Assembly: GCF_009914755.1 (NCBI RefSeq)
Contig: NC_060939.1
Source of the DNA: the human T2T-CHM13v2.0 reference genome, Homo sapiens
Direction: 5' to 3' (one strand)
DNA length: 64,000 nucleotides
How positions within the stretch are numbered: position 1 is the first letter of the stretch; each line of letters begins with the position of its first letter. The translations under genes were made by a program, and so were the position numbers. Below, one piece after another: positions 44,851 through 62,289 of the stretch. Under the pieces are notes generated by a model that had not been told where the DNA came from, ran no database searches, and saw only the letters and a program-made list of their open reading frames with translations.

Positions 44851-45139
44851 GCTCAGGCCTGTAATCCCAGCAAATTTGGAGGCCAAGGCAAGGGGATCAC
44901 AAGGTAAAGAGATCAAGACCATCCTGGCCAATACAGTGAAACGCTGTCACTACTAAAAATCCAAAAAATTAGCTAGGCATTGTGGCAGCTGGTGTAGTCC
45001 CAGTGTGGTGTAGTCCAAGCTACCTGGGAGGCTGAGGGAGGGCAATCGCTTGAACCCGTGAGGCAGATGTTGCAGTGAGCAAATTTGGTGCCATTGTACT
45101 CCACCCTGTGCAACAGGACAACACTCTGTCAAAAAAAAA
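44851..45139 (+). mobile_element. Alu copy in U19
   Basis: Near-identical to the Alu at 959-1248; 1 nt shorter at the tail junction. Confidence 0.95.
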
Positions 45140-47282
45140 TTATATATGATATATGTTATATGTTATGTAATATGCTTTATATGTAATATATAACCTCATA
45201 TATATTATATGTCATAATATATAATAGTTATCCTGTGTCATATTATATATATTATATATTTCATAACATATATAATATATAATACATATTATACATCTTA
45301 TATATGAAAATATGTAATTAGAGATAAAATAACATATAGTTATATATAATATGATATATAACATATATACTATATCATATATGATATATAATATATAATT
45401 TTTTATTGCATGTTATAATTCATACATATTATAATTTATATAATTATATAATTATTTATATAATATAAATAATTATACATGATTATATAATTATATATAA
45501 TATAAATAATAATATATATAATTACATATTCATATCGTTATATATAATAATACATTTCATATGTAATTATATATATCATATAATAGACAACACACCTAAT
45601 ATATAATATATAATATATATTATACAATATAGGATACAAAAGATGTATGATATATAAGATATCATAATATAATATATATTTTAACATTATGTATGTAACA
45701 TGTAATATGTGATATATAAAATAAATTATGTAATATAAAATAATATAATATAATATATACTATATTAAGGTATATTATGTAAAGTATGTAATAAAATTAT
45801 AAGTAACATAATATATAGTTATATATATTATCTTATGTATTTACATAGAGTATTATACAGTTATATATAATTTTAAATTGTTATATATAATTTAATATAA
45901 AACAAATATAATATACATCATAACATATATATTGTATACCATATATATATTATGTATCATATATTGTATGTTATATATCATATATTGTATATCATATATT
46001 ATATGTTATATGTATCACATTCCACATTTTGTATATTATAAATTATATACAATATATGACATATATTATATTATATATAATAAATTATACATTATATGTA
46101 ACATAGTATATATTATATGTAACATGTATATTCTATGTAAAATATATAATATATAACATATTACATATAATTAATAACATAGACATATAATATATATTTA
46201 ATATATGTACTATATATACAACGTATTATACATATACTATATAATATATATTATATATATGGCATAAAATATAATATATATTATATGTCATATTTTATAT
46301 ATACAATTATATATTATTATATGTTATTTTATATTATCTATAACATAGATATAATATATATACCTATAATGTATATTACATATAACGTAGATATTATATA
46401 TAATATATATAATGTATATTATATATAACGTAGATATTATATATAATATATATAATGTATATTATATATTTAATACGTATACTAACCATATAATATATTC
46501 TATATATGATATATAATATATATTATATATGTCATAAAATATAATATATATTATATGTCATTGTATAAATATAATACTTATATATTATCAATTATTATAT
46601 TACATTTAATATATATAATATAAGATGCAGGATGTGAAACAATATTATATATATGTTATTTATATTATATATATGATACTATATATTATTGTATACATAA
46701 TGTGTATATATATTTGTGGGTGCCCTATTTCCCATCTCATAACTTGTTTTAAGAAGCGCAGCATAATAATGTGTGGGCTTGGGATTCAGTTTTTGAAACA
46801 AAACACTGAGCCTTCAATGACCTTTCGGTCTATGTAGAAGCGCTCCTGTCTTCGTGGCAGCAGTTGGACCTCACAATGTGGATTGTGCCGTCACCCTGCA
46901 ATGTTTATGCCCTATCGCCATGGTGACGGGATTAGGGATCTCCTGCTCTTGGTCCTAAAGGCCACTGTCTGTGCTGTGTTTTTCAAAGGTCAGCACAGAG
47001 TGAACCTTTGTGGTTTTATTTTCCCTGAGTTTGATTTTTCTCATGGGGAACCTGTGGTGCTGCTTTGAAGGTATATTCATACTGGCCTTTCAAATGCCAA
47101 CTCTTCAAATTACTAGTTAATGCTTTCAAAGTATGTTATTTCAAAAATTATCCTCCGTATTTTCCATATGCAGTTATAAATATGTTTCATGGTTATGTTT
47201 CATTCCTCAGTTTATATATTTGATTATTGTACCAAGCAGAGTACCTTTGAAATTTTTTTTCATCTAAAAAATATGTAAATTA

Positions 47283-47572
47283 GCTCAGGCCTGTAATCCC
47301 AGCAAATTTGGAGGCCAAGGCAAGGGGATCACAAGGTAAAGAGATCAAGACCATCCTGGCCAATACAGTGAAACGCTGTCACTACTAAAAATCCAAAAAA
47401 TTAGCTAGGCATTGTGGCAGCTGGTGTAGTCCCAGTGTGGTGTAGTCCAAGCTACCTGGGAGGCTGAGGGAGGGCAATCGCTTGAACCCGTGAGGCAGAT
47501 GTTGCAGTGAGCAAATTTGGTGCCATTGTACTCCACCCTGTGCAACAGGACAACACTCTGTCTAAAAAAAAA
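47283..47572 (+). mobile_element. Alu copy in U20
   Basis: Near-identical to the Alu at 959-1248. Confidence 0.95.
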
Positions 47573-49714
47573 TTATATATGATATATGTTATATGTTATG
47601 TAATATGCTTTATATGTAATATATAAACTCATATATATTATATGTCATAATATATAATAGTTATCCTGTGTCATATTATATATATTATATATTTCATAAC
47701 ATATATAATATATAATACATATTATACATCTTATATATGAAAATATGTAATTAGAGATAAAATAACATATAGTTATATATAATATGATATATAACATATA
47801 TACTATATCATATATGATATATAATATATAATTTTTTATTGCATATTATAATTCATATATATTATAATTTATATAATGATATAATTATTTATATAATATA
47901 AATAATTATACATGATTATATAATTATATATAATATAAATAATAATATATATAATTACATATTCATATCGTTATATATAATAATACATTTCATATGTAAT
48001 TATATATATCATATAATAGACAACACACCTAATATATAATATATAATATATATTATACTATATAGGATACAAAAGATGTATGATATATAAGATATCATAA
48101 TATAATATATATTTTAACATTATGTATGTAACATGTAATATGTGATATATAAAATAAATTATGTAATATAAAATAATATAATATAATATATACTATATTA
48201 AGGTATATTATGTAAAGTATGTAATAAAATTATAAGTAACATAATATATAGTTATATATATTATCTTATGTATTTACATAGAGTATTATACAGTTATATA
48301 TAATTTTAAATTGTTATATATAATTTAATATAAAACAAATATAATATACATCATAACATATATATTGTATACCATATATATATTATGTATCATATATTGT
48401 ATGTTATATATCATATATTGTATATCATATATTATATGTTATATGTATCACATTCCACATTTTGTATATTATAAATTATATACAATATATGACATATATT
48501 ATATTATATATAATAAATTATACATTATATGTAACATAGTATATATTATATGTAACATGTATATTCTATGTAAAATATATAATATATAACATATTACATA
48601 TAATTAATAACATAGACATATAATATATATTTAATATATGTACTATATATACAACGTATTATACATATACTATATAATATATATTATATATATGGCATAA
48701 AATATAATATATATTATATGTCATATTTTATATATACAATTATATATTATTATATGTTATTTTATATTATCTATAACATAGATATAATATATATACCTAT
48801 AATGTATATTACATATAACGTAGATATTATATATAATATATATAATGTATATTATATATAACGTAGATATTATATATAATATATATAATGTATATTATAT
48901 ATTTAATACGTATATTAACCATATAATATATTCTATATATGATATATAATATATATTATATATGTCATAAAACATAATATATATTATATGTCATTGTATA
49001 AATATAATACTTATATATTATCAATTATTATATTACATTTAATATATATAATATAAGATGCAGGATGTGAGACAATATTATATATATGTTATTTATATTA
49101 TATATATGATACTATATATTATTGTATACATAATGTGTATATATATTTGTGGGTGCCCTATTTCCCATCTCATAACTTGTTTTAAGAAGCGCAGCATAAT
49201 AATGTGTGGGCTTGGGATTCAGTTTTTGAAACAAAACACTGAGCCTTCAATGACCTTTCGGTCTATGTAGAAGCGCTCCTGTCTTCGTGGCAGCAGTTGG
49301 ACCTCACAATGTGGATTGTGCCGTCACCCTGCAATGTTTATGCCCTATCGCCATGGTGACGGGATTAGGGATCTCCTGCTCTTGGTCCTAAAGGCCACTG
49401 TCTGTGCTGTGTTTTTCAAAGGTCAGCACAGAGTGAACCTTTGTGGTTTTATTTTCCCTGAGTTTGATTTTTCTCATGGGGAACCTGTGGTGCTGCTTTG
49501 AAGGTATATTCATACTGGCCTTTCAAATGCCAACTCTTCAAATTACTAGTTAATGCTTTCAAAGTATGTTATTTCAAAAATTATCCTCCGTATTTTCCAT
49601 ATGCAGTTATAAATATGTTTCATGGTTATGTTTCATTCCTCAGTTTATATATTTGATTATTGTACCAAGCAGAGTACCTTTGAAATTTTTTTCATCTAAA
49701 AAATATGTAAATTA

Positions 49715-50004
49715 GCTCAGGCCTGTAATCCCAGCAAATTTGGAGGCCAAGGCAAGGGGATCACAAGGTAAAGAGATCAAGACCATCCTGGCCAATACAG
49801 TGAAACGCTGTCACTACTAAAAATCCAAAAAATTAGCTAGGCATTGTGGCAGCTGGTGTAGTCCCAGTGTGGTGTAGTCCAAGCTACCTGGGAGGCTGAG
49901 GGAGGGCAATCGCTTGAACCCGTGAGGCAGATGTTGCAGTGAGCAAATTTGGTGCCATTGTACTCCACCCTGTGCAACAGGACAACACTCTGTCTAAAAA
50001 AAAA
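49715..50004 (+). mobile_element. Alu copy in U21
   Basis: Near-identical to the Alu at 959-1248. Confidence 0.95.
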
Positions 50005-52153
50005 TTATATATGATATATGTTATATGTTATGTAATATGCTTTATATGTAATATATAACCTCATATATATTATATGTCATAATATATAATAGTTATCCTG
50101 TGTCATATTATATATATTATATATTTCATAACATATATAATATATAATACATATTATACATCTTATATATGAAAATATGTAATTAGAGATAAAATAACAT
50201 ATAGTTATATATAATATGATATATAACATATATACTATATCATATATGATATATAATATATAATTTTTTATTGCATATTATAATATATATATGTTATAAT
50301 TTATATAATGATATAATTATATATATAATATAAATAATTATACATGCTTATATAATTATATATAATATAAATAATAATATATATAATTACATATTCATAT
50401 CGTTATATATAATAATACATTTCATATGTAATTATATATATCATATAATAGACAACACACCTAATATATAATATATAATATATATTATACAATATAGGAT
50501 ACAAAAGATGTATGATATATAAGATATCATAATATAATATATATTTTAACATTATGTATGTAACATGTAATATGTGATATATAAAATAAATTATGTAATA
50601 TAAAATAATATAATATAATATATACTATATTAAGGTATATTATGTAAAGTATGTAATAAAATTATAAGTAACATAATATATAGTTATATATATTATCTTA
50701 TGTATTTACATAGAGTATTATACAGTTATATATAATTTTAAATTGTTATATATAATTTAATATAAAACAAATATAATATATATCATAACATATATATTGT
50801 ATACCATATATATATTATGTATCATATATTGTATGTTATATATTATATATTCTATATCATATATCATATATTATATGTTATATATATCACATTCCACATT
50901 TTGTATATTATAAATTATATGCAATATATGACATGTATTATATTATATATAATAAATTATACATTATATGTAACATAGTATATATTATATGTAACATGTA
51001 TATTCTATGTAAAATATATAATATATAACATATTACATATAATTAATAACATAGACATATAATATATATTTAACATATGTACTATATATACAACGTATTA
51101 TACATATACTATATAATATATATTATATATATGGCATAAAATATAATATATATTATATGTCATATTTTATATATACAATTATATATTATTATATGTTATT
51201 TTATATTATCTATAACATAGATATAATATATATACCTATAATGTATATTACATATAATGTAGATATTATATATAATATATATAATGTATATTATATATAA
51301 CGTAGATATTATATATAATATATATAATGTATATTATATATTTAATACGTATACTAACCATATAATATATTCTATATATGATATATAATATATATTATAT
51401 ATGTCATAAAATATAATATATATTATATGTCATTGTATAAATATAATACTTATATATTATCAATTATTATATTACATTTAATATATATAATATAAGATGC
51501 AGGATGTGAAACAATATTATATATATGTTATTTATATTATATATATGATACTATATATTATTGTATACATAATGTGTATATATATTTGTGGGTGCCCTAT
51601 TTCCCATCTCATAACTTGTTTTAAGAAGCGCAGCATAATAATGTGTGGGCTTGGGATTCAGTTTTTGAAACAAAACACTGAGCCTTCAATGACCTTTCGG
51701 TCTATGTAGAAGCGCTCCTGTCTTCGTGGCAGCAGTTGGACCTCACAATGTGGATTGTGCCGTCACCCTGCAATGTTTATGCCCTATCGCCATGGTGACG
51801 GGATTAGGGATCTCCTGCTCTTGGTCCTAAAGGCCACTGTCTGTGCTGTGTTTTTCAAAGGTCAGCACAGAGTGAACCTTTGTGGTTTTATTTTCCCTGA
51901 GTTTGATTTTTCTCATGGGGAACCTGTGGTGCTGCTTTGAAGGTATATTCAACTGGCCTTTCAAATGCCAACTCTTCAAATTACTAGTTAATGCTTTCAA
52001 AGTATGTTATTTCAAAAATTATCCTCCGTATTTTCCATATGCAGTTATAAATATGTTTCATGGTTATGTTTCATTCCTCAGTTTATATATTTGATTATTG
52101 TACCAAGCAGAGTACCTTTGAAATTTTTTTTCATCTAAAAAATATGTAAATTA

Positions 52154-52443
52154 GCTCAGGCCTGTAATCCCAGCAAATTTGGAGGCCAAGGCAAGGGGAT
52201 CACAAGGTAAAGAGATCAAGACCATCCTGGCCAATACAGTGAAACGCTGTCACTACTAAAAATCCAAAAAATTAGCTAGGCATTGTGGCAGCTGGTGTAG
52301 TCCCAGTGTGGTGTAGTCCAAGCTACCTGGGAGGCTGAGGGAGGGCAATCGCTTGAACCCGTGAGGCAGATGTTGCAGTGAGCAAATTTGGTGCCATTGT
52401 ACTCCACCCTGTGCAACAGGACAACACTCTGTCTAAAAAAAAA
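52154..52443 (+). mobile_element. Alu copy in U22
   Basis: Near-identical to the Alu at 959-1248. Confidence 0.95.
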
Positions 52444-54586
52444 TTATATATGATATATGTTATATGTTATGTAATATGCTTTATATGTAATATATAACCT
52501 CATCTATATTATATGTCATAATATATAATAGTTATCCTGTGTCATATTATATATATTATATATTTCATAACATATATAATATATAATACATATTATACAA
52601 CTTATATATGAAAATATGTAATTAGAGATAAAATAACATATAGTTATATATAATATGATATATAACATATATACTATATCATATATGATATATAATTTAT
52701 AATTTTTTATTGCATATTATAATTCATATATATTATAATTTATATAATGATATAATTATTTATATAATATAAATAATTATACATGATTATATAATTATAT
52801 ATAATATAAATAATAATATATATAATTACATATTCATATCGTTATATATAATAATACATTTCATATGTAATTATATATATCATATAATAGACAACACACC
52901 TAATATATAATATATAATATATATTATACTATATAGGATACAAAAGATGTATGATATATAAGATATCATAATATAATATATATTTTAACATTATGTATGT
53001 AACATGTAATATGTGATATATAAAATAAATTATGTAATATAAAATAATATAATATAATATATACTATATTAAGGTATATTATGTAAAGTATGTAATAAAA
53101 TTATAAGTAACATAATATATAGTTATATATATTATCTTATGTATTTACATAGAGTATTATACAGTTATATATAATTTTAAATTGTTATATATAATTTAAT
53201 ATAAAACAAATATAATATACATCATAACATATATATTGTATACCATATATATATTATGTATCATATATTGTATGTTATATATCATATATTGTATATCATA
53301 TATTATATGTTATATGTATCACATTCCACATTTTGTATATTATAAATTATATACAATATATGACATATATTATATTATATATAATAAATTATACATTATA
53401 TGTAACATAGTATATATTATATGTAACATGTATATTCTATGTAAAATATATAATATATAACATATTACATATAATTAATAACATAGACATATAATATATA
53501 TTTAATATATGTACTATATATACAACGTATTATACATATACTATATAATATATATTATATATATGGCATAAAATATAATATATATTATATGTCATATTTT
53601 ATATATACAATTATATATTATTATATGTTATTTTATATTATCTATAACATAGATATAATATATATACCTATAATGTATATTACATATAACGTAGATATTA
53701 TATATAATATATATAATGTATATTATATATAACATAGATATTATATATAATATATATAATGTATATTATATATTTAATACGTATATTAACCATATAATAT
53801 ATTCTATATATGATATATAATATATATTATATATGTCATAAAACATAATATATATTATATGTCATTGTATAAATATAATACTTATATATTATCAATTATT
53901 ATATTACATTTAATATATATAATATAAGATGCAGGATGTGAGACAATATTATATATATGTTATTTATATTATATATATGATACTATATATTATTGTATAC
54001 ATAATGTGTATATATATTTGTGGGTGCCCTATTTCCCATCTCATAACTTGTTTTAAGAAGCGCAGCATAATAATGTGTGGGCTTGGGATTCAGTTTTTGA
54101 AACAAAACACTGAGCCTTCAATGACCTTTCGGTCTATGTAGAAGCGCTCCTGTCTTCGTGGCAGCAGTTGGACCTCACAATGTGGATTGTGCCGTCACCC
54201 TGCAATGTTTATGCCCTATCGCCATGGTGACGGGATTAGGGATCTCCTGCTCTTGGTCCTAAAGGCCACTGTCTGTGCTGTGTTTTTCAAAGGTCAGCAC
54301 AGAGTGAACCTTTGTGGTTTTATTTTCCCTGAGTTTGATTTTTCTCATGGGGAACCTGTGGTGCTGCTTTGAAGGTATATTCATACTGGCCTTTCAAATG
54401 CCAACTCTTCAAATTACTAGTTAATGCTTTCAAAGTATGTTATTTCAAAAATTATCCTCCGTATTTTCCATATGCAGTTATAAATATGTTTCATGGTTAT
54501 GTTTCATTCCTCAGTTTATATATTTCATTATTGTACCAAGCAGAGTACCTTTGAAATTTTTTTTCATCTAAAAAATATGTAAATTA

Positions 54587-54875
54587 GCTCAGGCCTGTAA
54601 TCCCAGCAAATTTGGAGGCCAAGGCAAGGGGATCACAAGGTAAAGAGATCAAGACCATCCTGGCCAATACAGTGAAACGCTGTCACTACTAAAAATCCAA
54701 AAAATTAGCTAGGCATTGTGGCAGCTGGTGTATCCCAGTGTGGTGTAGTCCAAGCTACCTGGGAGGCTGAGGGAGGGCAATCGCTTGAACCCGTGAGGCA
54801 GATGTTGCAGTGAGCAAATTTGGTGCCATTGTACTCCACCCTGTGCAACAGGACAACACTCTGTCTAAAAAAAAA
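54587..54875 (+). mobile_element. Alu copy in U23
   Basis: Near-identical to the Alu at 959-1248; 1-nt deletion near 54732. Confidence 0.95.
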
Positions 54876-57025
54876 TTATATATGATATATGTTATATGTT
54901 ATGTAATATGCTTTATATGTAATATATAACCTCATATATATTATATGTCATAATATATAATAGTTATCCTGTGTCATATTATATATATTATATATTTCAT
55001 AACATATATAATATATAATACATATTATACATCTTATATATGAAAATATGTAATTAGAGATAAAATAACATATAGTTATATATAATATGATATATAACAT
55101 ATATACTATATCATATATGATATATAATATATAATTTTTTATTGCATATTATAATTCATATATATTATAATTTATATAATGATATAATTATTTATATAAT
55201 ATAAATAATTATACATGCTTATATAATTATATATAATATAAATAATAATATATATAATTACATATTCATATCGTTATATATAATAATACATTTCATATGT
55301 AATTATATATATCATATAATAGAAAACACACCTAATATATAATATATAATATATATTATACAATATAGGATACAAAAGATGTATGATATATAAGATATCA
55401 TAATATAATATATATTTTAACATTATGTATGTAACATGTAATATGTGATATATAAAATAAATTATGTAATATAAAATAATATAATATAATATATACTATA
55501 TTAAGGTATATTATGTAAAGTATGTAATAAAATTATAAGTAACATAATATATAGTTATATATATTATCTTATGTATTTACATAGAGTATTATACAGTTAT
55601 ATATAATTTTAAATTGTTATATATAATTTAATATAAAACAAATATAATATATATCATAACATATATATTGTATACCATATATATATTATGTATCATATAT
55701 TGTATGTTATATATTATATATTCTATATCATATATCATATATTATATGTTATATATATCACATTCCACATTTTGTATATTATAAATTATATACAATATAT
55801 GACATGTATTATATTATATATAATAAATTATACATTATATGTAACATAGTATATATTATATGTAACATGTATATTCTATGTAAAATATATACTATATAAC
55901 ATATTACATATAATTAATAACATAGACATATAATATATATTTAACATATGTACTATATATACAACGTATTATACATATACTATATAATATATATTATATA
56001 TATGGCATAAAATATAATATATATTACATGTCATATTTTATATATACAATTATATATTATTATATGTTATTTTATATTATCTATAACATAGATATAATAT
56101 ATATACCTATAATGTATATTACATATAACGTAGATATTATATATAATATATATAATGTATATTATATATAACGTAGATATTATATATAATATATATAATG
56201 TATATTATATATTTAATACGTATATTAACCATATAATATATTCTATATATGATATATAATATATATTATATATGTCATAAAATATAATATATATTATATG
56301 TCATTGTATAAATATAATACTTATATATTATCAATTATTATATTACATTTAATATATATAATATAAGATGCAGGATGTGAAACAATATTATATATATGTT
56401 ATTTATATTATATATATGATACTATATATTATTGTATACATAATGTGTATATATATTTGTGGGTGCCCTATTTCCCATCTCATAACTTGTTTTAAGAAGC
56501 GCAGCATAATAATGTGTGGGCTTGGGATTCAGTTTTTGAAACAAAACACTGAGCCTTCAATGACCTTTCGGTCTATGTAGAAGCGCTCCTGTCTTCGTGG
56601 CAGCAGTTGGACCTCACAATGTGGATTGTGCCGTCACCCTGCAATGTTTATGCCCTATCGCCATGGTGACGGGATTAGGGATCTCCTGCTCTTGGTCCTA
56701 AAGGCCACTGTCTGTGCTGTGTTTTTCAAAGGTCAGCACAGAGTGAACCTTTGTGGTTTTATTTTCCCTGAGTTTGATTTTTCTCATGGGGAACCTGTGG
56801 TGCTGCTTTGAAGGTATATTCATACTGGCCTTTCAAATGCCAACTCTTCAAATTACTAGTTAATGCTTTCAAAGTATGTTATTTCAAAAATTATCCTCCG
56901 TATTTTCCATATGCAGTTATAAATATGTTTCATGGTTATGTTTCATTCCTCAGTTTATATATTTGATTATTGTACCAAGCAGAGTACCTTTGAAATTTTT
57001 TTTCATCTAAAAAATATGTAAATTA

Positions 57026-57315
57026 GCTCAGGCCTGTAATCCCAGCAAATTTGGAGGCCAAGGCAAGGGGATCACAAGGTAAAGAGATCAAGACCATCCT
57101 GGCCAATACAGTGAAACGCTGTCACTACGAAAAATCCAAAAAATTAGCTAGGCATTGTGGCAGCTGGTGTAGTCCCAGTGTGGTGTAGTCCAAGCTACCT
57201 GGGAGGCTGAGGGAGGGCAATCGCTTGAACCCGTGAGGCAGATGTTGCAGTGAGCAAATTTGGTGCCATTGTACTCCACCCTGTGCAACAGGACAACACT
57301 CTGTCTAAAAAAAAA
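57026..57315 (+). mobile_element. Alu copy in U24
   Basis: Near-identical to the Alu at 959-1248. Confidence 0.95.
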
Positions 57316-59456
57316 TTATATATGATATATGTTATATGTTATGTAATATGCTTTATATGTAATATATAACCTCATATATATTATATGTCATAATATGTAA
57401 TAGTTATCCTGTGTCATATTATATATATTATATATTTCATAACATATATAATATATAATACATATTATACATCTTATATATGAAAATATGTAATTAGAGA
57501 TAAAATAACATATAGTTATATATAATATGATATATAACATATATACTATATCATATATGATATATAATATATAATTTTTTATTGCATATTATAATTCATA
57601 TATATTATAATTTATATAATGATATAATTATTTATATAATATAAATAATTATACATGATTATATAATTATATATAATATAAATAATAATATATATAATTA
57701 CATATTCATATCGTTATATATAATAATACATTTCATATGTAATTATATATATCATATAATAGACAACACACCTAATATATAATATATAATATATATTATA
57801 CAATATAGGATACAAAAGATGTATGATATATAAGATATCATAATATAATATATATTTTAACATTATGTATGTAACATGTAATATGTGATATATAAAATAA
57901 ATTATGTAATATAAAATAATATAATATAATATATACTATATTAAGGTATATTATATAAAGTATGTAATAAAATTATAAGTAACATAATATATAGTTATAT
58001 ATATTATCTTATGTATTTACATAGAGTATTATACAGTTATATATAATTTTAAATTGTTATATATAATTTAATATAAAACAAATATAATATATATCATAAC
58101 ATATATATTGTATACCATATATATTATGTATCATATATTGTATGTTATATATTATATATTCTATATCATATATCATATATTATATGTTATATATATCACA
58201 TTCCACATTTTGTATATTATAAATTATATACAATATATGACATATATTATATTATATATAATAAATTATACATTATATGTAACATAGTATATATTATATG
58301 TAACATGTATATTCTATGTAAAATATATAATATATAACATATTACATATAATTAATAACATAGACATATAATATATATTTAACATATGTACTATATATAC
58401 AACGTATTATACATATACTATATAATATATATATGGCATAAAATATAATATATATTATATGTCATATTTTATATATACAATTATATATTATTATATGTTA
58501 TTTTATATTATCTATAACATAGATATAATATATATACCTATAATGTATATTACATATAACGTAGATATTATATATAATATATATAATGTATATTATATAT
58601 AACGTAGATATTATATATAATATATATAATGTATATTATATATTTAATACGTATATTAACCATATAATATATTCTATATATGATATATAATATATATTAT
58701 ATATGTCATAAAATATAATATATATTATATGTCATTGTATAAATATAATACTTATATATTATCAATTATTATATTACATTTAATATATATAATATAAGAT
58801 GCAGGATGTGAAACAATATTATATATATGTTATTTATATTATATATATGATACTATATATTATTGTATACATAATGTGTATATATATTTGTGGGTGCCCT
58901 ATTTCCCATCTCATAACTTGTTTTAAGAAGCGCAGCATAATAATGTGTGGGCTTGGGATTCAGTTTTTGAAACAAAACACTGAGCCTTCAATGACCTTTC
59001 GGTCTATGTAGAAGCGCTCCTGTCTTCGTGGCAGCAGTTGGACCTCACAATGTGGATTGTGCCGTCACCCTGCAATGTTTATGCCCTATCGCCATGGTGA
59101 CGGGATTAGGGATCTCCTGCTCTTGGTCCTAAAGGCCACTGTCTGTGCTGTGTTTCTCAAAGGTCAGCACAGAGTGAACCTTTGTGGTTTTATTTTCCCT
59201 GAGTTTGATTTTTCTCATGGGGAACCTGTGGTGCTGCTTTGAAGGTATATTCATACTGGCCTTTCAAATGCCAACTCTTCAAATTACTAGTTAATGCTTT
59301 CAAAGTATGTTATTTCAAAAATTATCCTCCGTATTTTCCATATGCAGTTATAAATATGTTTCATGGTTATGTTTCATTCCTCAGTTTATATATTTGATTA
59401 TTGTACCAAGCAGAGTACCTTTGAAATTTTTTTTCATCTAAAAAATATGTAAATTA

Positions 59457-59746
59457 GCTCAGGCCTGTAATCCCAGCAAATTTGGAGGCCAAGGCAAGGG
59501 GATCACAAGGTAAAGAGATCAAGACCATCCTGGCCAATACAGTGAAATGCTGTCAGTACTAAAAATCCAAAAAATTAGCTAGGCATTGTGGCAGCTGGTG
59601 TAGTCCCAGTGTGGTGTAGTCCAAGCTACCTGGGAGGCTGAGGGAGGGCAATCGCTTGAACCCGTGAGGCAGATGTTGCAGTGAGCAAATTTGGTGCCAT
59701 TGTACTCCACCCTGTGCAACAGGACAACACTCTGTCTAAAAAAAAA
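59457..59746 (+). mobile_element. Alu copy in U25
   Basis: Near-identical to the Alu at 959-1248. Confidence 0.95.
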
Positions 59747-61893
59747 TTATATATGATATATGTTATATGTTATGTAATATGCTTTATATGTAATATATAA
59801 CCTCATATATATTATATGTCATAATATATAATAGTTATCCTGTGTCATATTATATATATCATATATTTCATAACATATATAATATATAATACATATTATA
59901 CATCTTATATATGAAAATATGTAATTAGAGATAAAATAACATATAGTTATATATAATATGATATATAACATATATACTATATCATATATGATATATAATA
60001 TATAATTTTTTATAACATATTATAATTCATATATATTATAATTTATATAATGATATAATTATTTATATAATATAAATAATTATACATAATTATATAATTA
60101 TATATAATATAAATAATAATATATATAATTACATATTCATATCGTTATATATAATAATACATTTCATATGTAATTATATATATCATATAATAGACAACAC
60201 ACCTAATATATGATATATAATATATATTATACAATATAGGATACATAATATGTATGATATATAAGATATCATAATATAATATATATTTTAACATTATGTA
60301 TGTAACATGTAATATGTGATATATAAAATAAATTATGTAATATAAAATAATATAATATAATATATACTATATTAAGGTATATTATGTAAAGTATGTAATA
60401 AAATTATAAGTAACATAATAAATAGTTATATATATTATCTTATGTATTTACATAGAGTATTATACAGTTATATATAATTTTAAATTGTTATATATAATTT
60501 AATATAAAACAAATATAATATATATCATAACATATATATTGTATACCATATATATATTATGTATCATATATTGTATGTTATATATTATATATTCTATATC
60601 ATATATCATATATTATATGTTATATATATCACATTCCACATTTTGTATATTATAAATTATATACAATATATGACATGTATTATATTATATATAATAAATT
60701 ATACATTATATGTAACATAGTATATATTATATGTAACATGTATATTCTATGTAAAATATATAATATATAACATATTACATATAATTAATAACATAGACAT
60801 ATAATATATATTTAACATATGTACTATATATACAACGTATTATACATATACTATATAATATATATTATATATATGGCATAAAATATAATATATATTATAT
60901 GTCATATTTTATATATACAATTATATATTATTATATGTTATTTTATATTATCTACAACATAGATATAATATATATACCTATAATGTATATTACATATAAC
61001 GTAGATATTATATATAATATATATAATGTATATTATATATAACGTAGATATTATATATAATATATATAATGTATATTATATATTTAATACGTATATTAAC
61101 CATATAATATATTCTATATATGATATATAATATATATTATATATGTCATAAAATATATATATTATATATCATTGTATAAATATAATACTTATATATTATC
61201 AATTATTATATTACATTTAATATATATAATATAAGATGCAGGATGTGAGACAATATTATATATATGTTATTTATATTATATATATGATACTATATATTAT
61301 TGTATACATAATGTGTATATATATTTGTGGGTGCCCTATTTCCCATCTCATAACTTGTTTTAAGAAGCGCAGCATAATAATGTGTGGGCTTGGGATTCAG
61401 TTTTTGAAACAAAACACTGAGCCTTCAATGACCTTTCGGTCTATGTAGAAGCGCTCCTGTCTTCGTGGCAGCAGTTGGACCTCACAATGTGGATTGTGCC
61501 GTCACCCTGCAATGTTTATGCCCTATCGCCATGGTGACGGGATTAGGGATCTCCTGCTCTTGGTCCTAAAGGCCACTGTCTGTGCTGTGTTTTTCAAAGG
61601 TCAGCACAGAGTGAACCTTTGTGGTTTTATTTTCCCTGAGTTTGATTTTTCTCATGGGGAACCTGTGGTGCTGCTTTGAAGGTATATTCATACTGGCCTT
61701 TCAAATGCCAACTCTTCAAATTACTAGTTAATGCTTTCAAAGTATGTTATTTCAAAAATTATCCTCCGTATTTTCCATATGCAGTTATAAATATGTTTCA
61801 TGGTTATGTTTCATTCCTCAGTTTATATATTTGATTATTGTACCAAGCAGAGTACCTTTGAAATTTTTTTTCATCTAAAAAATATGTAAATTA

Positions 61894-62182
61894 GCTCAGG
61901 CCTGTAATCCCAGCAAATTTGGAGGCCAAGGCAAGGGGATCACAAGGTAAAGAGATCAAGACCATCCTGGCCAATACAGTGAAACGCTGTCACTACTAAA
62001 AATCCAAAAAATTAGCTAGGCATTGTGGCAGCTGGTGTAGCCCAGTGTGGTGTAGTCCAAGCTACCTGGGAGGCTGAGGGAGGGCAATCGCTTGAACCCG
62101 TGAGGCAGATGTTGCAGTGAGCAAATTTGGTGCCATTGTACTCCACCCTGTGCAACAGGACAACACTCTGTCTAAAAAAAAA
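61894..62182 (+). mobile_element. Alu copy in U26
   Basis: Near-identical to the Alu at 959-1248; 1-nt deletion near 62040. Confidence 0.95.
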
Positions 62183-62289
62183 TTATATATGATATATGTT
62201 ATATGTTATGTAATATGCTTTATATGTAATATATAACCTCATATATATTATATGTCATAATATATAATATTTATCCTGTGTCATATTAT

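Noticed and set aside
51882-54554. Unit-specific ORFs at 51882-52094 and 54369-54554
   Set aside because: They are created by a private 1-nt deletion (~51950) and a single stop-removing SNV (~54526). These are chance events.
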